DNA of 58,033 bases, filler included, from Sphacelaria rigidula (lineage: Eukaryota), in assembly GCA_964200075.2 (NCBI GenBank). It is 9 parts of 9 records of this genome, joined end to end, with 100 filler letters (N's around TTAATTAATTAA, not from the genome) between each part and the next. Parts side by side here need not be neighbours in the genome. Positions count along the whole stretch, not along the records: positions 45,216 to 51,574 come from CAXNAA020020548.1; positions 51,675 to 58,033 come from CAXNAA020020549.1; 7 more parts are not named here. One strand, given 5' to 3'. Of this stretch, positions 47,376 to 58,033 are shown piece after piece (within the stretch, counting starts at the first letter, position 1; every line of letters begins with the position of its first letter). Under the pieces are notes generated by a model. The model was not told the DNA's origin. It saw only the letters and a program-made list of their open reading frames with translations, and did not search any database. The position numbers were made by a program, and so were the translations under genes.

Positions 47376-50300
47376 CCGAGCGGCGTACTGGGCTTGTCGA
47401 CCAAGTTTCTCCTCCATTTCCTTCCTCTTCAAAGCGTCAATCTACCGCCGGCGCACGAAGGTCATCAGGAAAAGGAAATGGATAATGACAAATGAAGCGA
47501 GAGTCGAGTCCTTTTTCCCTGTTGTATGGAATACATGGAAGTCGATACAGTGTCGAATGGGACTACCGTAGAAGCGGTGGAGAGAAAGCGAATTTTCGAG
47601 GCGGTCATAGTCAATCCAGTGAAAACTACACTTGAAAGTATATGCTGCAGGGGGCGAGTGGTTTGGTACAGATATACTGAACGGCGTGAGCCATAGGCCT
47701 CTCTATATAGTCGATTAGACGGTGCAGTGAGGGCAAGTTAGCAACCCACACGAATTACACATCACTTCCTGTTGCGAAATACGTATCTTGCATTTGGAAG
47801 AAAAGTGATAATCCCATCACGAACACAGAGGGGGGCACCCATGAAGGTCATGCGACGAAGGTTGATGGAAATCTCGAGACGCCGGGTTGATTTGATCGGC
47901 TGTTTGATTGTAACACTGGCTTTGAGTGATCCGCTTCGAATCCAGCCGTGGTCGCCGGATAGATGGTACTCAAGGTGAATAAAGGAAAGCACTTGCTCCA
48001 GGATACTGAGGAAAGGATAAATGTGAGAAAAAAAAAATTAGAGCAAACAGAATATACTGAAATGACAGATACGGAAGAGGAATGGAGAGGAAAAGAAAGG
48101 ACGGCGCAGGAAAAAATCGCTAGGCTGAGATGTAGCACCGGTGCCGAGAAAAGAGTTTCGGCGGGCCCCCTCCGCATAAGTCCAGATGAGGAGACCGTAC
48201 GAAAACAAACGTGAGGCAAGATATACGAGGAACAATCCAGAGCAATAGAACAAGTGGGAACATAAAAGAAGCTGAAACATGATAGGGGATGGAAGAGGAG
48301 GAAGAGTCCGAGAACAAAACAGGACACGAAAGAGGAAACCCAGCTCGGGAAACTCGCTGAAGTTGATGGTAAGGAGAGACGTCAACAACCAATAGGACAA
48401 CACAGGAGTATCGGTTTGCGGGCTGTCCCCTTCCTGCCCTTTATCCCAAGTCAGGGGAAAACGCAGGCAAAACTCTCGGCCACTGGAGTCTGATGCGAAA
48501 AAAAAAGCAGCTACATCAAATTTATGGGGGGGGGGGGGAGGGGGGGGGAAGAGCTACAAGAAGGGGGGGGGGCCCCTCCNNNNNNNNNNGCGGAAAAGAT
48601 TGAGCAGCAATGGAAGAGAAAAAAAAAAAACAGAAAGGGTACGGATGTGTGGGGGGGGGGGGGGGGGGGAACGCAAATGGCGAAAAATAGTGGTGGGGAC
48701 CTTTGCAAGAAGCAACAGGGGCATCCCATCCGTGAAACAGACGTGGTACAGATCTTCAGAACGGGTACGATGACCATCCTCGTCCTCGGAAGGACATTGA
48801 TGGGAAGACAGCCTGTCAAAGGGGAACACGGGGACCTTCAGCCGCCACGCCCCAGTAGTCCCCCTGGAATATCGTCGATTATTTTTGGCAAGCTAGTGGG
48901 TTTGAATTCCGATGTCGGTGGTTCACATAATCCACACCCTGGATGATGACAGTAGGTTACATCGTAAAAAAAAAGTACTGCGTACGGTATGGAGTCTTTA
49001 GTCTATTGCAACAATAGACGAAATAGCCGACACTGCATTCAGTACACTTTTTGAAGATGTTGATATCTTGTCATTATCCAGTGTGTAAAATAATCGCCGT
49101 TACGCCCCGGCGGCCCAATATTACACCGATTTACCATTTGATGCTGAGCGGCACAGCTGCAAGGTAGTCGGTATTTGGCTTCCATCTAGGCTGGAAAGAT
49201 TATCGCAAATCATGCTGATAGCCAGTGACGAACTGGGCCCGCATGACTCCCTCCTTTCCATCCACCACGAGGCCTGCTAACCAATCTCAGGCGCCTTTTT
49301 TCACATTGGGGTCTTCACGGAGGCTCGCCAAATTCACCCCCATCCCTATCCGTTCCGTTGACTCCAGCAACGACAGACAGTAAACCCTCAGGAAAGGTTA
49401 GGTCCACCGTACCGGCGCTGGTGGGAGACAGTACGGTGTGTAATGGTAGACACGGTGCCCTGTCAGTCATGCTGCGCAGAGCACAGTGCAGTGTGCTGGC
49501 GCGCACTTGGATTAAGTGGTCCAAAAGTGGGGAAAACGCCCGTACCTTGAACGTGCGCTTAGACCAAGTGGCACTTCAATGTGCGGATATCAATGAATGA
49601 GGAACAACGCCGGAGATGGAGATCTATACTGCCCATTACGCCCACACGGCAACACCTGGGCAATGCACAGGCTATGCCCGCACAGTTCGCGCTTCACTCG
49701 CACCCGAAAGTATTCTGAAGTGATAATAACCACCCACCTCGGGGTATCATAAAATTTCCCTGAAAATAATATGGATATGTTCATCACCTCTGAAAAATAG
49801 TAAGCGCGCCGAATGGTCTGGATTCGCATTCCGTCGCTGCTACCCCGGTGTGTAAAGGACGATGAAACGATGGCCATGAGCCGTGATATGCCGCATGGCC
49901 ACACACATCCGGTGAAATCGGATAGACTGTACTTGCAGGATCACGATGCTGTAGTTCCTTCATCGCCGGTCACATCATAGCGACTAGAATCGCGTGTGTT
50001 TGGGTGCATCTTTTTTTGTTTTATCGTTGAACGCCGATACTCCCTCCTTCACGCTTTAATTTGGTCTCTGCACGAAGCGCTCACCTCTTTTCTATCCCGG
50101 CGCTCCTGCAAAATCCGCGCTCGAAACGCCGACACATGTCTTGGCCGGCGCTGCCGTGCCCCCGGTCCACCACCCCCATCTAGCCGCGGCAACGAAATCG
50201 GGACACCAGAGCTACTCCCCCCGCCAGCGGCCGCTGCCGGTGGAGAAGAACTGCGCGTCGATTGCCCGCCGCCTTCATCGACATGAAGAGTTTCTGCTGC

Positions 50301-51418
50301 GCCTCTGTCCTTTCTCGCACTGCGCGATCGGGTTTCTAATCGCCTGCATTTCGACAAAAAAAGTTCAGACGGCCGCACAATATGCGGTTGACCGGGGGGC
50401 GCAGCGACGGAGTTGTCATGTTCCACATGCTCTGCTGGAGATTCCATTATGCTTTCTTGGGTATGATGGAGGAGGCGTTCGTATGTCCATCCTCCTCCCC
50501 AGTCACCCGGAGGGAAGAGTGAAATATTCCCCTGTTCCGCACAAGATCCTACGATACGGCCGAAGCTTGCAAGTTTACATGTCCGGGGGGGGGGGGGGTG
50601 GCACATTTTGTTTTTTGCTTTTGTTTTTTGGGCATAAGCCCGCACTCCCTCTNNNNNNNNNNGGCGTACTCATTTGTTGCTTGCCTTAGTCGTTTGACCA
50701 TTGACCACGCATCCCTTTCGAGACGGAGGAGGGGGGGTGCAATATTCCGACGCGGTACCGAATTGTGCTGTCCCACCGATCATGGCGACGATGCCCCCCA
50801 CCACGAAGATTTCAGGTCGAGTATGTACGCTATTTCATGGGTAGCCTGATGGTGGCTATTTACGTAACCTTCAGAAGACAGCTTTCTTGCCTCTAGTGCC
50901 AAATTACGTACGATTCCACATAACGTGGGTGGTATTCTGGCCAAGGGTGCAGCTGTATTAGCGATATTTGCTTATCCTTCATTAAATTCTTCAAAATGAC
51001 TCGGCGGTATTTTTTGTCCAGTATACGTTGTATTTTTTTCAGCTTTTTTTAAAGCAGTCACTTCTTTACCCTGGAGAGGTACTGTTTCTATAGTTGAAAT
51101 AAAAGAATGATAATTGCTGATGGAATGATGTAGCCATTGGTGTGTTGACCTTGGTTGTAAATGATCTTCGTCCTATCGAGTGTTTGCGTAGCAGTTACCG
51201 TGGGTACACCTGCCTGAAGTTCTCGGCTGCATTTTCAGTGGATCAACTAGTTCTAGGTAGCAAAGCAATCAACAATTATTCACCAATGTATGTACACACC
51301 CCTCTTCTTGTTGTAGCCTCAGTATTCGCTGTTGTCGTCGTCGCATGTCCTCCACCACCCTTGCCCGCTTCGCCTCCAAGGCCGCCTTTTCCAAGAGCTC
51401 CTGCTTTGCCTTCATTTC
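47376..51418 (-). CDS. Unknown coiled-coil/low-complexity protein, partial. Exons 51418-51300, 50936-50869, 50455-50085, 47441-47376
   Basis: GT-AG boundaries give phase-consistent joins (2, 1, 0): EMKAKQELLEKAALEAKRARVVEDMRRRQQRILRLQQEEG IPPTLCG...LSSEE SIMESP...RILQERRDRKE IDALKRKEMEEKLGRQAQYAAR. Further candidate exons at 45430-47000 are unresolved. Confidence 0.55.
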
Positions 51419-52237
51419 CTTCGCAGGCGCACGGTTGAGGGGGAAAACGCAAAAATACGATACTGGTAGTCGTAGTGTCATTCTCCAAAACAGAGAGCTA
51501 CACCCAGAACAACGAATGCATTAGCAAGAGCAACACACACACACACACGCGCGCGCACGCACACACACACACACNNNNNNNNNNNNNNNNNNNNNNNNNN
51601 NNNNNNNNNNNNNNNNNNTTAATTAATTAANNNNNNNNNNNNNNNNNNNNNNNNNNNNNNNNNNNNNNNNNNNNGCAATGGAGGGATGGGACTTTAACCT
51701 CATTTTATGTTTCAACCCCAAAAATTAGGATCGGCTGTTATATGCACAGACTGTTGATTGCTTGCGAGCAGTCAGATATTGGGAGACCGTACTTCGCGTG
51801 CAATGTGCGCGGTTCAGATGTGTCTTTCATGTCACGCTCCCATTAGATAAGGTGCAGTGATACCCACCATGCTAGCCAGGTATGTGATCTCATGGTGTTT
51901 GCACCATATTAGCCAGGTACGTGATCGCATGATGTTTGCACTGTACTCTGTGCTGTGGCAGCGTGTTTACACTGTGCAACTTTGTACCAAACAGGACTGC
52001 TCGAGCAGTTGTTCGGATTAGTCTGTGTGAGTCCGATTGAATGTTTTACTGCCATACGGGGCTTCTATGCTGGAGTCATCCTGGCGGCGAAACATGTTCA
52101 ACGCCCGGCAAATGACGAATGGCCCCTAGTATGATTGATTGATGTGTGGCATTGTGGAGAGTCATTGCACGGGTCAAGTCGTATGGATTCGCTTCCGCTC
52201 CACGCCACAACATGTCGCCACTGCATTGTCATTGTGT

Positions 52238-52330
52238 CGCCACTACATGGAATCGTCACAACACTACATGAGACCATCACTACACTACATGGGATCATCA
52301 CTACACTCCAGAGGACCGTCACTACATGGG
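52238..52330. repeat. 21-bp minisatellite (catcactacactacatggga-like)
   Basis: About four tandem units. Confidence 0.7.
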
Positions 52331-53780
52331 TTTCTTCACGCCGGGAAATCGGGGGTAACCAGTGCCGTTGATCGGTAGCAGTAGACACACCGATTGTAAA
52401 AGTTTTTACATGTCCCCGATTTTGTGTTGTTCACCCTGCTTCTACTGTTGCGTTCGACTCTTCCCTTCACAGTGATCCATACTTCACTGTATTTTGTTTT
52501 ATTCTATTCTATTCTATTTGTATCTACTTTCACGTCTTTATTTGTTTTTGAGGTTTCGGAATTGCACACGAACATCGGAAGAGCGCGCACTAATATTACA
52601 CCCCCCCCATCCGCCCCTGCCGCTTTTGCGACTCGATTTTGCCCGCTTCTGTCGCCCTGAGCGTATCTGCGTAATGCCGCGAGTCATACCATGGTCGTTG
52701 GTATCGCATCATACCATGTTTATTTCCTCTCCCGCTGGTATTTTTTGCTGTTTAATTTTTTGTCTTCCCTATCAACTGTTTTATACTGGTGATCCCTTTC
52801 CCTCATCGTCTGCATTTAGCAGTCGTAGCCCACGGTGCACCATTTGCGTCATTCTGTCCTTTCATCGACTAAATTATTATTATTACCTTTTCCCCTTTTT
52901 GTCATCCTATCTGCCGTATGGTACCCCTTGATTTTCTGCCGTTTGTCTCCTCCCTTTCTACATTTTCAGTTATACTCTCTACTCCCCGTGGCAATTTTAC
53001 TCTACAGCCATCTTCGCTATTTGTTTTTGCCCCATTCATGTTGCAAGCGTACAGCCCGGCCCATCCATGGTGTTTTTGTTTTTTGGCAAATATTTCGCTA
53101 GAGCCATTGCCTGACGCACGAAAGTACACCCCAGGCACATATGTCTTGAGAAACCTGCGATGGAAAACTCCAGGGACGACCGCTAAGCGCAACGAAAGCC
53201 AGCTCGGGATAACGGGTGAGATCGGGCATCGACAGGTTTCCACCCATTGTAGCCAATGGTGGTTTGCTAGACATCTGAGAAGATGGTGAAATCATATATC
53301 GGGAAGGTTGTAGCGTACGGTTACCAGGTGGGTAAATCTGAGAAACGGGAGCTGGTAGGCGTCCTGCTGGGCTCTGGGCACCGGGCTGTTGTCCACCGAC
53401 CCGAAGCAGGTTCTGGTCACCATCAACGGTGAGCTACGGATACCCCCTTGTTTGAGAGTACTGTACTCCATTCGCAGCAAATCAACGCCACCCTTTTTGT
53501 CGAGTAGCGTCACGTAGCTTCTCAAGTGGTAGACCCGAGACCGTCCGAACAGCACCGATCAAGGTTCCGTAACAGGTGTGAGTACTGGCCATTCCGCACA
53601 GTTAGCGAAGGAACGAAGGTAGGCGAGTGCTCTCCGCAGGGGGGGACATGCCTACTTCATCCGACAGACCTCGAACTGGACACAGTGGCGAATGATCGTG
53701 CTCTATAGACCCTGGCCAACGCATCCAGTCTGATCGCCAGCAAGGAGACCCTTTGGGAGAACAGGTGCAATCGAATCTGA

Positions 53781-54775
53781 GGGGGGGCGTACTCACTTGT
53801 TGCTTGCCTTAGTCGTTTGATCATTGACCACGCATCCCTTTCGAGACGGAGCGCTGCTCCTACTCCTAATAGAAACACCTTCGACATTCCGGCGCGCATT
53901 ACGCTTCTTCCATAGCTCATTACGTTTCTCCCATACTCTGCGCAAAAACCTTCTACGTAGCTAATACATCAGACGATTTCATGCCTCCTTCGTTCACGTC
54001 TCGCATTTCCCCCTCTAGCACGTGCTGTTCCTCCTTGTACAGTTCACATTGCGCCACTGTATGACTTCTGCTCTCGATTGCTTTGCCACAAAGGTGGTTC
54101 GCCTGTCAACTTCCTCCTCTTTCCGATTACTGGTATACTTTTTTTTTTTTTTTTTTCTCCTTTTTCTCGGAGCGTGTTTCAGTTTCGTTATTTATGGGTA
54201 CGTCTATCATGAGACCACGGCTGGATCCCTGGGGGATCAGTTGAAGTGCGACAATCAATCAATTGATCAATTAATTTTTCCGGCAGATCCAAGCATCCAA
54301 ATATCTCCTTGGCTGCTGCTCTCTGTACTGTTTCTAGCTTTTTCATCAATTTCATGTTCCACTCTCATACTTCTCCTGCATACTCCAGCTGTGGTACGAT
54401 CAAGTTCGTCAGGATACATATCTCAATCCTGGTGTCTGGGTGCGGGTTTCTGAGGATCACGTTCATCCTTCCTATCTGTGCGTTACCCTTTTATATTACC
54501 TTGTCAGTTTGTGCATCCCAAGAACAGTGTTTTGAGATCTCTACGCCGAGGTATGCATATTGGTCTAGAATCGGCGTTTCCTCCCCTCCCCACTTCCACC
54601 TGAACCCCAGTCGATTTTTCTCATCCTCGTTACAGACGAGTATCGCGCATATTTTCACATTCGATATAACTCTCCTTCGCTGTTCGCTGTCACTCTCCAT
54701 TCTCCAGTGTATTCTTGCGCCTTGTCTATCTGCTTTTGCAATCCTTCTACTGTTTCTGAAATCCCCACATAATCA
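53781..54775 (-). mobile_element. LINE family A remnant: end of the reverse transcriptase domain (54300-54775) plus CCHC finger and 3' end (53781-54100)
   Basis: DYVGISETVEGLQKQIDKAQEYTGEWRVTAN...NVKICA...YAYLGVEI...IVPQLEYAGEVW...KKLETVQRAAAK; LCGKAIESRSHTVAQCELYKEE; APSRKGCVVNDQTTKASNK* followed by a C-run. Confidence 0.85.
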
Positions 54776-57700
54776 TTGGACCTGGGGGAAAACGACTGCC
54801 GAAACGGTAGGTGAGAGGCGATCTGAGTACGAAATAAAAGTGATACCTGGGAGTCGATGCTGAGGACCTGTCTGCGGTCCCACAATAATGATTAGCACTC
54901 GAAAATTTAGCAGTAGGCGCCACCCTTTCCACGATGCGTGACCGCTCCCTTTCGTCAACAAGTACAAAAGATATCAGGCAAGATGTGCTGTCATATCGTT
55001 GCAGGAGGCCCAAGAGGTTAAGCAGTCGCCAAACGGCCATCAGGTAGGGGCGTGCGGTAGACCCACGGGGCGAGGTGATCAACTTGCCAACAATTGAGGT
55101 AATGTTGTACTCACATACGCCAACTTGCCAACAGTTAAGGTAATTTTGCACTTACATACACATACATCTGCAGGCACTTGATCTCGCTTCTAGATCCCCA
55201 ATTGATTTTCCACAGCCATCAAAACAAGTCAACGGGTAGTCAATGCCCCTGCAGAATGTGCCTAATGTGCGGTACCCCTCAAAAGATTCGCCGAACAGAG
55301 GCAAAGAGTTTAGCGTGGAGGTAGTCACCCATTTGGGCAGGTGACTGAAAAAAGGCATTTCTTTCCGAAGCGTCAGATCTCCCACGCGGTAAGAACGCAG
55401 TCGTGAGACCAGGAGGGTATATGCTGGATATGTTGTCAGAGCTTTGCAAGTGAGGTGGGGTAAACACGTCTCATTGGCCCCTTGAACCAAGCGCACATTG
55501 CTTGACACGCTGCTCCCTTCCCCGAGTTGCCGTGTCGACGCAAAAACACACATATATCTAAGCTGAACTTAACGTATATCACAAGAAGCAGAACCGAGTG
55601 CAGGACTGGACCCTTTCGTAGAACAGCGCGAATAGCACCTACGCGAGGTAAGACTAGTGATGGATCCGGAAGGTGAGATCTTAATGCCGGGATGGCCACG
55701 GCAGGAAATTGCAGCACTAGTACACGGTACATGGAAAGTTGGCAAGGATTAATGACGGCACGCGGTCTGGAGGTGATGCAAGGACACAAAATACGTACGC
55801 GCAAGATAGTCCGCCATAGGTCGAACCACACACCGTTACCTGCCCCACCTGAGATATTCAACCGCTGACGGGTCCGCCTAGTTTGGTTGAACACCAGACT
55901 TCGGGACGACGCCAACCTTTTGAAAACCCCACACCCCACCTCCTCACCCTGAAACGCCGTCGCGAGTCTAAATCCCCCCCCCAAAAAACACAGGTTGGAA
56001 ATAGCGAGCAAAGGTCCAGGATGGAGCAATGTCAGAGAAGCTACCAGGAAGCAGAGTCCTGGAAAGCCTGATGCTTCCCGAGTGGACGGGTTCCACGCCC
56101 TTTGGCATCTGCACCACCCAGGTAAGGCATCAAGTATGCCATTCCGCCCGAGCACGCCATGTCCCTCTGTCGCGCAGTGATGTTCTGAAGTCGTTTCCTC
56201 ATAGATTTCGCATTTCGAGAGGATATTGACGGAGCTCAGCAAAAAGGACAAGTGTTCGACGACGGTGAACGCTCCGGAAGAAGTGATGAGACGACGAAGA
56301 CTGCGGGGAGTCTTCAAGTGAAGAGCTTCAGCAACTGACCCAGACGAGCGAGTCGATGGCATTGAGCGAGCGAAGCAGAGAAAAGCATTAATATTGTACT
56401 AAGGAAAGCTGGAGATCGTTTTGTGGTGCAATACAGGGGCGAGCAGCGCTTTGTATTTCTATTTTATTTTTTTATATAGTAATGAGCAGCAGTTCAGTAC
56501 CGTCTCTTTTTATTGGAACAGCGTTTTAGTACTTACTTTTTTCTACTCTCTTCGGGTCTGTTTTCTCTCGTGTTTTCCCGTTGATTATGAGCTCGGTTAT
56601 ACACCATGTATCGTTCCCGGCTTTATTTTCTCACCTTACGACGTTTGATCTTGATTTGGGGGGGGGGGGGGGGGGCGCTCTTGTGTTTTTTTTCTTTTTT
56701 TTTTGCGGGGAATGTTTCTNNNNNNNNNNTCTTGTTTTTTGGCGCCGCTTTTCCCCTCGTCTTTCTTCCCTTGTTTTTTTTTCCCCCGCCTCGGTTTTTG
56801 GTTTTGGGGGGGGGGGGGGGGGGGGGCGCCTTCTCGACTTATTTGCCTCGTTTTTTCGGAGCAGAACTTCCTCCTCAGGGCCTTATCCTTTTTTTCTCTG
56901 TCCGGTTAATTCTAGTCTGGATTCTATATGTTCTTCTTCCCCATTCCGTTTTGGCTTCTCTTGATTTCGTAGGATCTGATCCTTTTTCTTGTGTCAGTCC
57001 TATGTTTTTGACTGTTTTCATGTTCCATGAGTTATTTTTGTCGTATTACGGACGTGGTGGGTCCTTTCTAGTTTTCTTTCATGTTTCAGTTTCGTTTCTC
57101 CCTTCTCTTTTTGCTGTGGGCCTGGTTCGTTCCTCCAGCACTATTTTTCGGTTTCCCTTTTCCTTTACATCCTTTCGCGGAGTTGATCTTGGCCCGCCCT
57201 TTGTTTTTTTTCCCGGTCTTGTATTCCATGGAGATTATTAATTTCTTGGGTTTGTCAGACCTGATCCCACCCCTTGTGTCACGTACCCGGTTCGTTCATC
57301 ACGTTTCTGCGTCCTCGAAGAACGTTGATCCGATTTTAGGGTGCCCCACCCCTTTCGAGTAGAGCATATTATATCGTGGAGTGAGCATGGTACAAAAAGG
57401 GGGGGCACCGAGTACCTGCTTGGACACTGTTCCATGTATAGGGGTCCGTCCCCCTGTGTCCAGTAGGTCAGTCGCTGCTGGTTGGTGAGAGAAAAGGCTA
57501 CTCACTCTCATCAGCCAGTTAGCGCTTTCTTGTTTTGTTTTAGTGGGTCAGCTCTTTTTGTGAGTCCTACACTACCCGGGATTGTAAATCAATCAAGGGC
57601 GTCTAGGCGCCATTACCATCGGAAAATAGTCACCGACTATTCTCCGTGGTTTCTGTTCCTAGTGTAACTGGGATCACGGGACGACATAGCACATGCGAAA

Positions 57701-58033
57701 GCACTCGCTATGCTCCGAAAGGGCGTGGGAGAGTTTTCCCCCAAGCGATGAGGCTTTTTCCTGGAAACCAGGTTTTGCCCATCCTTCCACTTTAATGACG
57801 AGTTTTCCCCGCGGTTAGTCTTAGCCCCGAAATTCTGCGGTTTTCTCGCCGCTACCGTGATCTTCAGCTGATGGCATACAAAGTAGAGGGAATTGCCCCG
57901 GAGTGCATTAAGCTGTGACTTCCCTTACCTTTCATTAGCAGCGTGCACGAACCAAGGGAGGGGGGGGGGGGGATACTCATTTGTTGCTTGCCTTCGTCGT
58001 TTGACCATTGACCACGCATCCCTTTCGAGACGG

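Noticed and set aside
49100..49950. Possible retrotransposon integrase remnant (RDGGEF, SNGKS fragments)
   Set aside because: The motifs are short, in different frames and wrongly spaced.
6361..51674. Regularly spaced identical TTAATTAATTAA repeats as a giant CRISPR-like or periodic array
   Set aside because: They are embedded in N-runs and are artificial six-frame-stop linkers between scaffolds.
56581..57241. Phe/Gly-rich ORFs
   Set aside because: They arise from T- and G-homopolymer low-quality sequence around an N gap.

Overview
Eukaryotic, intron-rich, repeat-rich DNA. The splice signals, short exons in long introns and transposon types suggest a brown alga or related stramenopile; this is an inference. 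The window is not one locus. It is nine scaffolds of 6359-6360 bp joined by identical 100-nt N/TTAATTAATTAA/N linkers, so adjacency across linkers has no biological meaning. Gene fragments reconstructed by hand-splicing: (1) the C-terminal half of a lipoxygenase on the minus strand, with 8 well-supported phase-consistent exons (39617-44198) plus one tentative exon; its fifth iron-ligand position is Ser (HAAVSF); (2) the last exon of a diphthamide-synthase-domain (Dph6/MJ0570-like) PP-loop ATPase with prokaryote-like motifs; (3) a multi-exon Pro/Thr-rich mucin-like protein; (4) a coiled-coil protein; (5) two exons of a possible PH-like domain. The rest is mostly transposon debris: a chromodomain-bearing Ty3/Gypsy integrase, RTE and other LINE remnants, two retroposon families that share a 3' end and carry oligo-C tails, a tRNA-derived (AC)n-tailed SINE, three size classes of TTAA-flanked piggyBac-type elements, several MITEs including a 93-bp loopless palindrome, and minisatellites. 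I found no CRISPR array, rRNA, intact tRNA or convincing new multi-gene system.
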